Assembly (NCBI GenBank): GCA_034189385.1
Contig: JAXHVD010000002.1
Coordinates: 96,001 to 160,000, forward strand
Length of the DNA: 64,000 nt
Source of the DNA: Thermodesulfobacteriota bacterium
GTDB lineage: Bacteria; Desulfobacterota; Desulfobacteria; Desulfobacterales; C00003060
Direction of reading: 5' to 3'
This document shows positions 12,201-21,558 of the stretch, one piece after another (within the stretch, counting starts at the first letter, position 1; every line of letters starts with the position of its first letter). The position numbers and the translations under genes were made by a program. The notes below the pieces were generated by a model. It saw only the letters and a list, made by a program, of their open reading frames with translations. It searched no databases and was not told the DNA's origin.

Positions 12201-12955
12201 TCTCAGATTTTGAGTTTGACTTTGGAACCAAAGGGACAGCACCGAATATGTTGAGGACCTTTTTTGAATGCATAGGAAAGATCGTCAACGAATTGGTGCG
12301 ACCTATTGATGCTATTAAGCACCAGGCCAAGACGGTCACCGTGGGAACAAGCCGGATCTCAGAGAAGGTAGAGGGCCTTCTTTTTAAAGCCCTTGAAAAT
12401 CAAGGGTTCAGCAAGAACCAAATTACAACAAGTAATGTCTTGGTCTTAAAGCGTCTACAGGAGGTTCTGAGCGAAATAGCAGGGACGACCCTCTACAAGG
12501 TAGCAGGGCTTAATATTTTGGGAGAGCCCGTTGCAGATTCGACCATACACCTGTTAAAGAAAGAGGGAAGTGCTGAGGCCCTTGTTTCCAGAGTTGAGAC
12601 CGACAACAGACTGCGGGGTACCAAACGGATCATCGTCAAGAACGGAAACATCTTTATTGGCAAGGGAAGAATGGACAACCGGAGTATTCTTGCCGTCCCA
12701 ATTATGTCAACGGGTACCAAGGTCGATCACCTCTTGTTGTTCAATGTAGCATTTAAGGCACAGGTTGAGCTTCAGAAGAAGGTAGATGCCTTAGGGGGCA
12801 AATATCACCACATACGAAACATTGTGGAGGAAACAAGTCTTGCCTGGAAGGATCAGTTTTTGGAATTACTTGATGTGGAGCAACTTTTTGGGATGTCTGC
12901 TGAGAAGATCTCAGAGGCGATTGTTTCCAGTTTGAATAACAGACAAGTATCGTAG
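9266..12955 (+). CDS. Large GlmS-like protein (class II glutamine amidotransferase plus two SIS domains, with insertions and extensions)
   Basis: CGITG, LEVRGRDSAG, AHTRWA, NCHP, NGDIDNY, SQ-like TQSGTTTDT, SVASTKAY, AKTVTVG; 1229 aa. Confidence 0.85.
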   Translation: MGLKRIKRFLARRGITGLYFGKSLKTVPEGSLVLFPYEPDVLSCGITGVLSFKGRPAGAHGLPIQDLEDKIEALSKVAGQRLEEKGPLQEKDDLGTTELIGETKHLCQKLREHRVFYEVFSRRAYQKRLTDLCEKLEAVVESEDMERARRIGRLAAEECEALAQRITELRDILWSLRHEIIENIEKITALGRFDQYDCDPLCVGLLKEVNIIFNNLDRLEVRGRDSAGLSLLFVMDEAAFTGFRQALKEASLLGEFEERQGNPVLLNRSIVTNKQDTGVSVIFTYKVAAEVGNLGDNVRYLRNQVRDDLVLQHCMRCSHVYHSAVAHTRWASVGEISEANCHPVDSCPSDSPRTIHVCLNGDIDNYQSLRQDLERETGKSIPEEITTDTKIIPLQIEKYLNKGETLEGSFRLAVSDFEGSHAIAMHSDLAPGQVFLAQRGSGQAIFVGLAEGHYVPASEIYGLVEETSCYVKMDGEKVVEGISGKTQGQIFVLDGNSEGGLSGLRAMYYDGTPVELSGDDVKETEITPRDIDRQHYPHYFLKEVSESPRSVEQTIEGRVAILEEGGRQHPQILLDTTVIPAHLEADFREHKIRRVFFMGQGTAGVAASACAVFLREYLSRTEIRVASFKASEFSAFVLEGRLDDALVVAITQSGTTTDTNRAIDMARERGACTLAIVNRRDSDITFKVDGVLYTSSGRDIEMSVASTKAYYSQIVAGSILGLKLGQLAGSLTEEFILAEIEHLWKLPSSMRKVLERHTDIGESAERFAVTKTYWAIVGSGPNKVSADEIRIKLSELCYKTISSDVVEDKKHIDLSSEPLIFVCAAGNREDVVSDIVKDTAIFKAHQAVPIVVATEGEHRFDPYADAVISVPDTESRFAPIINTLAGHLWGYYAALAINKESRYLVHFREEIREHIQASTGKGLDVYEIVLDEGFREKAAEFYGVFKERIRENRYATAMAIRTASDLTLLLKYLAGRLPISDFEFDFGTKGTAPNMLRTFFECIGKIVNELVRPIDAIKHQAKTVTVGTSRISEKVEGLLFKALENQGFSKNQITTSNVLVLKRLQEVLSEIAGTTLYKVAGLNILGEPVADSTIHLLKKEGSAEALVSRVETDNRLRGTKRIIVKNGNIFIGKGRMDNRSILAVPIMSTGTKVDHLLLFNVAFKAQVELQKKVDALGGKYHHIRNIVEETSLAWKDQFLELLDVEQLFGMSAEKISEAIVSSLNNRQVS

Positions 12956-13068
12956 CCGGGTTCCACCTATTGCAGGCCCATGTGTCAGAGCTGGGACAGT
13001 TGTCCTGTCCAGAGCGGACAATCGAAAGGAGTCTCTTGTGAACCCGTGAGCATTACTTCATTCAATAG

Positions 13069-14766
<1,698 letters not shown>

Positions 14767-14790
14767 GCGGGTCGTCTTAGATGGTTCAGG

Positions 14791-14832
14791 TGTTGACGGG
14801 CTGTTGCCCAATTTGAGCAACAGCCCGTTGAC
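14791..14832. terminator. Stem-loop between convergent pyrG and the Thr-Cys repeat gene (likely terminator)
   Basis: TGTTGACGGGCTGTTGC ... GCAACAGCCCGTTGACA inverted repeat. Confidence 0.6.
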
Positions 14833-14960
14833 AGAGGGGACGGAAGCTTGTGTTTTCAGGGTTGACGTCCCCAGAAGACAAAAGTGCCCTTGATAACGCA
14901 GCCAGATGAACCTAGCTCACCGCGGCTACGCAGGGCACAGCCTTGTTCTTTTTTGTTTTT

Positions 14961-15467
14961 TTACCTGTACGGGCTCATTTCTCTACAGATGCGGCCGCGA
15001 CAGGTGTGTTCCCCACAGGTCACGGTGCCTCCACAGGTAGCTCCTCCGCTGCCCGCACAGGTGGCCCCGCAGGTAATGTTACCAAAACAGGTTTCGCTCC
15101 CGGCGCAAGTGGTCGTGCCGCGACAGGTAGCTCCTCCGCTGCCCGCACAGGTCACGGCTGTCGTGGCGAACTGTTCCCAGCCGTGATGAACCTCCGCGTC
15201 GGCGAGCTCTATGACTCTTTTGGGCCCGGCGGTGCTGAGGACATTTTCGTTGATATAGGCACCCCGCGGGTCGTAAACCTCCCCATCTAGGGCGATTCTT
15301 GAGCTGCTTAAATCGGACAGGCTCTTGTCCAGCGATGCAAGAAAAAGAGGTGATGAAGAATCCGCATCGCTTGCCGCCCCCGCTCCAATAGACAGAACAG
15401 GAAAAACAAAGAGGCCCGCGACTGCCAGGAGCCAGACGACAAGAAACGATCTCAAGCCCTTTTTCAT
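14961..15467 (-). CDS. Secreted 168-aa protein with C-terminal Thr-Cys repeat core (precursor-peptide-like)
   Basis: GAGGAG RBS before ATG 15467; MKKGLR plus hydrophobic stretch plus AGAA signal peptide; C-terminal 9x TC plus 1 IC. Confidence 0.85.
   Translation of the reverse strand: MKKGLRSFLVVWLLAVAGLFVFPVLSIGAGAASDADSSSPLFLASLDKSLSDLSSSRIALDGEVYDPRGAYINENVLSTAGPKRVIELADAEVHHGWEQFATTAVTCAGSGGATCRGTTTCAGSETCFGNITCGATCAGSGGATCGGTVTCGEHTCRGRICREMSPYR
15033..15152. repeat. Exact 30-bp direct repeat (15033-15062 and 15123-15152), 90-bp period
   Basis: acaggtagctcctccgctgcccgcacaggt occurs twice and encodes TCAGSGGATC on the minus strand. Confidence 0.95.
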
Positions 15468-15537
15468 TTTCTCTTCCTCCTCGGTTGTGGTGCTTGCCCA
15501 AGACAACAATCTTGAAATCACCTTAGAAAATAACATA

Positions 15538-15587
15538 AAAGTAAATATAATTATATTTACTTTAATATAGTTGAGTCCCTATGTCAA
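15538..15587 (-). promoter_or_regulatory. Sigma70-type promoter with overlapping 26-bp perfect palindromic operator
   Basis: Minus strand TTGACA(15587-15582)-17 bp-TAAAGT(15564-15559); palindrome AAAGTAAATATAATTATATTTACTTT at 15538-15563. Confidence 0.8.
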
Positions 15588-15874
15588 GTTTTTTTGAGAA
15601 ATTGTTGGAAGGGTGGAAAGATTTGAAGGCCGTTGATCCGGCAGCCAGCGAAATTCTCTGGGGTTGGCTCCAGCGAAATAGCCAAAAAATAGTTTAATAT
15701 CAACAGATTATATGATATCCCTGGGCTTCTGACAAGAGATTTGACTGAGCCCTCATGGTGGCACCTTGACTCTCAATGAGCCGGGGGGCATCTGGTTTTC
15801 AAGTTCTTGAGGGACCTATTTTGTCCGCCGCGCAAAGGGGATTCGGGGTTCTGCAGGCGTCATCCCGTACAGAT

Positions 15875-18502
15875 TCAGTCACCCACAAGATCGTTCAGGA
15901 TCTTGAAAACGACCCTATATCTGTTCTGCTGGTGCCTGTTCGGGATGGAGCTGGCGTTTCCCAGGCCAACCCCCGAAAATGCCTTAGACATGGTGCAAAC
16001 CCATACCTTTCCTGTGCCAAAGGAGACTTCGGTGAGGCACGGAGCCCAGTGTCTCTCATGGTCCCCCCCATGGTCTTGTGCTGGCGCATACCATAAGCGG
16101 GGCTGTCCGCCCTTTACCTGGCAGATGCCATGGGCGGGGAAGGCAACACTCCGTTCGCTATTTGTCTCTTCAGAGAAGATATATGTGGCATCATCTGCGT
16201 CGCTATTGCCCTCTGAGGTGGTGTAGAGGATTTCTACGGAGAAAGGTTCTAGAAGCTGCCAGGCAAATGAGTCTTCAGCCCTGTCCGACGAATCCAGGAT
16301 TAAGGCCTTGCCACCCTGTGAAATATAGTCTTGAAAAATGGCCAGCTCCTTCTCGGAGAATTTTTTGTGGGGATTGATGATGATGATAGGATCTCTGTCC
16401 TTTTCAAGAGTGCGAACAAAGGAGGGTCTTACTTGCGGCACGATTCCGAGTCTCTGGGCAGAGACGAAAAAGGCACCGTAGTGGAGGGTATGGGTATTAC
16501 TCTTTTCCGGGAACCAGAAACGGTTTGCCAGAAAGATATCGGAGTGCTCACAGTCAAAGGTAATCTTCTGGAAATCTCTGAGCGCCGCAGGTTGTTTGTA
16601 GGACCATCGATGGATCAGGTCCACGTAGTAAGATGAGATGATCACTGTCATCATGAGGCATACAACAATGCTGCTATGATGCCTTCTCAACTCTTCAGAA
16701 GAAGGACTCAGAAACACCGCTAAAATGGCAAGGATACCAGATAGGAGTAACCCATACGGTTTCACATGGGCCCACCATGTGTTGGAGCGATTTAGCCACA
16801 TCAGGCTGTCCAGAAGCAGTTCAGGCTTGCCCTGATAAAACATGCTAAAATTGGACCACACTGTGCTGTCAGTGAAACAAAGGACCCGGCCCTTGCCTTC
16901 AAATGCTCCGGCCAACTGAAGAAAAAGACCAAACTCTCGGTCCTCGTAATGGGCCTCGTCAGGAAAAAAATGCTTGTTCTTATAGTCTGCTAGTCGAGTC
17001 ATCATGCCATAACCTATAATAGGTTTTTCATGCCAGACACGGGCGCTGAGCGTGCATCCAGTGGCGAACAAAATTTCTGGGGTGTGTTTTCCCACGGGAT
17101 GGCCCAGGGTTTTGGGCTGCCTGTAAACCGAAAACTGGCCGTAAATATCCCACTGGCCATTCTTGTCAAAGGACAGACCAAAGCGTTGAGCAAGATCGTT
17201 GAGGTGGGTCGACGTTCCAAAGACATCTGTGTGATCCCCAACGAGAAATAGTCCTCCACCATCATGTACAAAGGCCTCTAATGTTTCTAACTCTTCTCTT
17301 TCATACCTCCGGGTAGGGCACTTGAGGATGATGACATCCTGGTCTGCCAATAGGGCTGATCTTATCTCTTCTGTGTTCACTTTCACCTGATAGTAGTGCT
17401 CAAGAAATGTTCGTAAGCAGTAGTAGTTGTAGGTGGAAGCCATGCCATACCAGTTGGTATCAAAGGGCCGCATGGTCTTTTCCCACTGGCTGTGACTCTC
17501 GTCAATAAGCACCCTCCCGGCGTTCTTCGTTCCGGGATCGGTGAGTGATGATCCCATGATCCCCGCCATGATGGCCATGCAGACCAAGCCGGTCCAGCCA
17601 AGTACCCGTTTCGAAAGGCCCGCCCAGCCCAGACGTACGCGTCCAGTCCAGTTGACCTTCTTTGTCGACAAGGCCAGTCCGACTGCCAAAGGGACGAAAC
17701 TCAGTAGGCCATACACCGCATTCCACATCATGGTGATAGTGGCCTTGTCTGCCCAACCAAGAAAAATCCATAGGGACACAAGATATCGTGCCAACAGATA
17801 AGAGGCCCACAAAAAGAGAATCCTCAGCCAGCCTTTCCACGGCTTGTGTTGCACCATCAGCAACGAGCATAGACTGACACCGATGAGAATGAAAAGCCCC
17901 GGCAAGAGTCCTAAGGCATCTGCTGTGACCTGTATGATTCTGTAATCACCGTTGTAGTTGGCAACAAGGGTATGACCGTTAACAGAACAGGTTGTGCCCA
18001 GGAAGGTGAAAACCGTGGCAGCCAATGAAGCAAGCCAAGAGAGGCCTCGGTCATGACAGCCCAAGTAATACCAAAGGGGGACCAGGAGGCTTTCCACGGT
18101 GAGCAAAAGACCAGAGACCAGAAGCCCTGGGACTAGGGACCGGATAAAGACGCTGTTCCGGCCGCAGCAGAAAAGGGCCAACCCAGAGACAAGAATCCAG
18201 GGGCCAAGGGAGTGCGGATAGGGCATAAGCAGGCCATAAAGGATAAATGGCACAAGGATCCAGAGATAGTCCCATGATATGTCGAGCTGAATATGGCGCA
18301 GGGATATTATGAAAAGCGTCGCACCGCTGACAGCCAAGACATAGCCGAACCATGCTTCATACGTTGCCAGCTTGTAAGTGCTCACATAAACACCAGACCA
18401 ACAGGTCCAGGCGAAGCCCACACAGACGACTCCAAGCCAAAAGAGGACCTTTTTCAACATGTCTTCTCTACTGGTCTGTTTCATAGATTCGCTAATCTTC
18501 AT
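15875..18502 (-). CDS. Polytopic membrane protein: exosortase-like TM domain plus two GATase1/DUF4350-like domains (paralogue B)
   Basis: Many hydrophobic helices in the first ~320 aa; RVLIDESH, FVHDGGGLFLVGDHTD, GKGRVLCFTDSTVWSN; 2 TMs; second domain ITFDCEH...YISQGGKALIL. Confidence 0.8.
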   Translation of the reverse strand: MKISESMKQTSREDMLKKVLFWLGVVCVGFAWTCWSGVYVSTYKLATYEAWFGYVLAVSGATLFIISLRHIQLDISWDYLWILVPFILYGLLMPYPHSLGPWILVSGLALFCCGRNSVFIRSLVPGLLVSGLLLTVESLLVPLWYYLGCHDRGLSWLASLAATVFTFLGTTCSVNGHTLVANYNGDYRIIQVTADALGLLPGLFILIGVSLCSLLMVQHKPWKGWLRILFLWASYLLARYLVSLWIFLGWADKATITMMWNAVYGLLSFVPLAVGLALSTKKVNWTGRVRLGWAGLSKRVLGWTGLVCMAIMAGIMGSSLTDPGTKNAGRVLIDESHSQWEKTMRPFDTNWYGMASTYNYYCLRTFLEHYYQVKVNTEEIRSALLADQDVIILKCPTRRYEREELETLEAFVHDGGGLFLVGDHTDVFGTSTHLNDLAQRFGLSFDKNGQWDIYGQFSVYRQPKTLGHPVGKHTPEILFATGCTLSARVWHEKPIIGYGMMTRLADYKNKHFFPDEAHYEDREFGLFLQLAGAFEGKGRVLCFTDSTVWSNFSMFYQGKPELLLDSLMWLNRSNTWWAHVKPYGLLLSGILAILAVFLSPSSEELRRHHSSIVVCLMMTVIISSYYVDLIHRWSYKQPAALRDFQKITFDCEHSDIFLANRFWFPEKSNTHTLHYGAFFVSAQRLGIVPQVRPSFVRTLEKDRDPIIIINPHKKFSEKELAIFQDYISQGGKALILDSSDRAEDSFAWQLLEPFSVEILYTTSEGNSDADDATYIFSEETNSERSVAFPAHGICQVKGGQPRLWYAPAQDHGGDHERHWAPCLTEVSFGTGKVWVCTMSKAFSGVGLGNASSIPNRHQQNRYRVVFKILNDLVGD

Positions 18503-20954
18503 CTATTGTTCCAACAAGTTTTCTTAGAAAGTAGATGTTTGCCGAGCTTGCCCAATCCAGTTTTTCCAATCGGCCATTGAAGAAGAGGCCGTAGTCTGAA
18601 ATTGCCGTCAATGTGCCTTTTCCAACCTTGCGCTCCACGACAACAGGGTATTTCTCCTTAAATGCCGTACAAAGGATCTCTTCCTCTTTTAGCCCATCCA
18701 CTGCCATTGGATTGGCATTGTACATGAGGATCCCTTCACTGTTGTTTTCAGGGGCAACGGCCCCCAGTGGCGTTGATAGTATTTCCAGTCCATATGATTT
18801 GAGAAAATCCTTTGTCCCATGAGCACAGCGGTCCCCTGACAGCATGACAAGTTGTGCCCCCCTTTTCATGAATTCATCAAGCATACGGCATTCATCCTTG
18901 GAGTATGGTTTTGTCGTGGCCATGCTCATCATTAAGAGGGATTTTTCCAGAGCTCTCTCGTTGAATTGCTTCCAAGCCATGGGGATAAAGCCATTGCGTA
19001 CGAGGCTGTCTACCAAATATGTGTCTCCATCATCCTTGGCATAGCCTTCATGATCGCAAAGGGACATATGGGCATGATCGAGGTATGCAATAGGCCCGGT
19101 GTAGTCATGGTCTTTGTAGCATAAGTGCAACGCCCATTCTCCCATGATAATAGCTGCACTAACGGACAGGATCACCACAGTGACTATGGCAATAGACTGT
19201 TTTTTCCATGGTCCCACCCACAGCGCAAGACCCAGAACCAAGACGAGCACCAAGCCCCAGGGAAGGCCAACGGATTTTCCGTGAACCGCCCACCTGAAAA
19301 GATCAGAGACGTAGCGGTGGCAATAGGGTAGGGAGCCCATCTGTAGCAAGGCTGTGTCTCCAAAGACAATGACTTTGCCGTCTTCCAGTTTAGACTCTGC
19401 TGCCAAAACAATATCGCCAAGGGGTTCGTCTAGGTCGTATATTCGATCGCCGAGGTAGTTCTCTGATAAGGCGTTGGCCCTATCCCCGTCGTCTGAGAAG
19501 CCGTATCTGGCAATAAGAAAAGGGGTCGCTCTATGATTTAAGAGGCGCAATGAGGCGCCCACTGATACTCCCATGCCATCTTTGTCCCAGTCTTTTCTGT
19601 TTATGGGGTGTGGGCGCGTCAAGAAGGCATCGTTCCAGTAGTTGTTTAGAAAATGAGCAGAATCGAAGTTAATGCGGATGGGAACCTCTGACAGTAACTC
19701 ATTAGATCCTTTCATCAAGCCAGACATATCTGTATGATCGGCGAACACCATCAGTGTGCCGCCTTGTCTGACATAGTCATTTAGAATGGAATAGTCTTCT
19801 TCTTTCCATTTCTCGTTGAAGTTCATGACCACAAAGACATCTGCATTTGTTAACATTGCCTTTGATACTTGCCTTGTCAGTTTGACACGAAATCCGAAGC
19901 TTTCAAGGAAATCGGGAAGGACGCAGAAAAGCCCCGGTCTGTTGGTGGTACCAAGCTGTTCAAAGTTTGGTTTGTTCCAGGTCGTGATGCCTCCTTGATA
20001 GAGGACTAGACGACCACTATAGTCTCCTGCCGGCCACTGAGATGTCACATAGGAAACGGTAACCAACAACAACCAGAGGGCTGCAGTTCCAAGGATCATC
20101 TTTTTGCTCGCTCTGTGGGATTTCACTGCCTGCCCTGCGTCAGGTCTTGACGTGCCATGAAGAAAAAAATGGATGATCAAACACTCCATGACAAAGAGTA
20201 TGGGTGTAAAATCCAGGGCGGTGAACCCCTGTTCGGCCATGACGTCCCACGACATGGCTGCTGATCTTCGTTGCGTCATAACATAGGCCAACCATGCCAG
20301 GGATAGAGCCCCAAAATGGTTTACAGACAGCAGCACCACACTGACAACGACACCCCTTTTCCATAATTGGCGGAGCCAAGGGGAAATGCGAATCCACGTA
20401 TAGATGGTGCAGATCGCTAATCCCCACATGCCCATGGCAGTGGGGCCCAATTTCAGAGAAAGGCCAAAGATCCTACCCAGAAGATAGGACGCCTTCCTTG
20501 CGTATCCCTCTATGAAGAACCAGGCCGTTGGAGACAATTCTGCGGCAAGGCTCAATACAAAGTAGGTAAACAGCGTCCACATGATGGCTAGGCGAGCACC
20601 TCTGTGTCTGGGGGCAGCCCTTGGAATTGAAAGGATTAAGGTAAGTAGTGCCAGAAGATATGCCTGGGCCACAATAGGCTTGGTTTGTGGTTCAAGCCGA
20701 GACAAGACGAACAAGAAAGACAAGACAATGAATAGCCAGGACAGTCTTTGGTATGGGGCCTCTTTATCCATCTGACTGGCAGTGACCATTGCCACTGCCA
20801 GGAGAGAGAACAAGACAAGAAGTGCATTTGCCAGGGGCGAAACTCTGAGAATGCTTCCGGATGTGAGCAACACAGCAAAGGAGCTTAACCCAAATAGGAG
20901 TGTATTCGTCACTGCACGTCTCCAGAAGTCACATTGATCAGAAGAGGTCTGCAT
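18492..20954 (-). CDS. Polytopic membrane protein with two GATase1/DUF4350-like domains (paralogue A)
   Basis: N-terminal multi-TM region; YVRQGGTLMVFADHTD, DGKVIVFGDT; 2 TMs; IAYLDHAH...FMKRGAQLV...VGKGTLTAISD; stop overlaps the start of the next gene. Confidence 0.8.
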   Translation of the reverse strand: MQTSSDQCDFWRRAVTNTLLFGLSSFAVLLTSGSILRVSPLANALLVLFSLLAVAMVTASQMDKEAPYQRLSWLFIVLSFLFVLSRLEPQTKPIVAQAYLLALLTLILSIPRAAPRHRGARLAIMWTLFTYFVLSLAAELSPTAWFFIEGYARKASYLLGRIFGLSLKLGPTAMGMWGLAICTIYTWIRISPWLRQLWKRGVVVSVVLLSVNHFGALSLAWLAYVMTQRRSAAMSWDVMAEQGFTALDFTPILFVMECLIIHFFLHGTSRPDAGQAVKSHRASKKMILGTAALWLLLVTVSYVTSQWPAGDYSGRLVLYQGGITTWNKPNFEQLGTTNRPGLFCVLPDFLESFGFRVKLTRQVSKAMLTNADVFVVMNFNEKWKEEDYSILNDYVRQGGTLMVFADHTDMSGLMKGSNELLSEVPIRINFDSAHFLNNYWNDAFLTRPHPINRKDWDKDGMGVSVGASLRLLNHRATPFLIARYGFSDDGDRANALSENYLGDRIYDLDEPLGDIVLAAESKLEDGKVIVFGDTALLQMGSLPYCHRYVSDLFRWAVHGKSVGLPWGLVLVLVLGLALWVGPWKKQSIAIVTVVILSVSAAIIMGEWALHLCYKDHDYTGPIAYLDHAHMSLCDHEGYAKDDGDTYLVDSLVRNGFIPMAWKQFNERALEKSLLMMSMATTKPYSKDECRMLDEFMKRGAQLVMLSGDRCAHGTKDFLKSYGLEILSTPLGAVAPENNSEGILMYNANPMAVDGLKEEEILCTAFKEKYPVVVERKVGKGTLTAISDYGLFFNGRLEKLDWASSANIYFLRKLVGTIDED

Positions 20955-21127
20955 GAGCTGACCGTGGATTTCTGTTCTCTGCTATCATAAATGGTGGCAT
21001 GTTGCCAACACAGGGATTTCAAGGGGCCTTTAAACATGTTATGATACTGCGTCGCAAACAGGGCCTGAAAAGTGATTTGCTCCGGTGCCCATGTTCAAAT
21101 CAGTGCAAAAGGAGGACACCCCTGGCC

Positions 21128-21466
21128 ATGCAGGCACAAGAAATCAAAGCCATATCCAGCGAAAAGTACCTGGGTGAGATCATAGACTCGGGCTGGTCCA
21201 TGGTTGGTCCTAGAAAGGATCCAGACAAGAATTTGCGTTCAGCGAAGAACTTCTTTAAACGGGACATTGCCTTCGTCCCAGAACATGTCTTGAAGGCCGA
21301 CGGTTTCAAGATCGTTCCGCCCAGCAGTTTCACGCGGGGCCATCAGCTCATGTACAAGGACGACGGGAAACTGATCCGCTACACCAAGAGCCAGTACACG
21401 CTTACTTCTGGGGAATCTGAGGTCCCTCTCTATGTTTTTTTAAGGGAGGATGAAACGGACCTGTAG
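21128..21466 (+). CDS. Hypothetical protein (112 aa)
   Basis: AGGAGG upstream of ATG 21128; coherent ORF with no recognised motif. Confidence 0.65.
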   Translation: MQAQEIKAISSEKYLGEIIDSGWSMVGPRKDPDKNLRSAKNFFKRDIAFVPEHVLKADGFKIVPPSSFTRGHQLMYKDDGKLIRYTKSQYTLTSGESEVPLYVFLREDETDL

Positions 21467-21558
21467 GGCGAGATCGTTGTAAGAACTCCTAGATTCTCTA
21501 AGGCGTTTGTCTGCCCTGCCAACAACCATATAGCCGATAAGACAACCTGGTTTTACCC

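Noticed and set aside
15001..15160. CRISPR-like array from recurring acaggt
   Set aside because: The repeats are in-frame coding units with 12-24 nt periods, there are no unique spacers of CRISPR length, and no cas genes are present.
14884..15290. Plus-strand ORFs (QV-repeat and TG-repeat) over the Thr-Cys gene
   Set aside because: Antisense shadows of the repeat; the minus-strand frame has the RBS, promoter and signal peptide.
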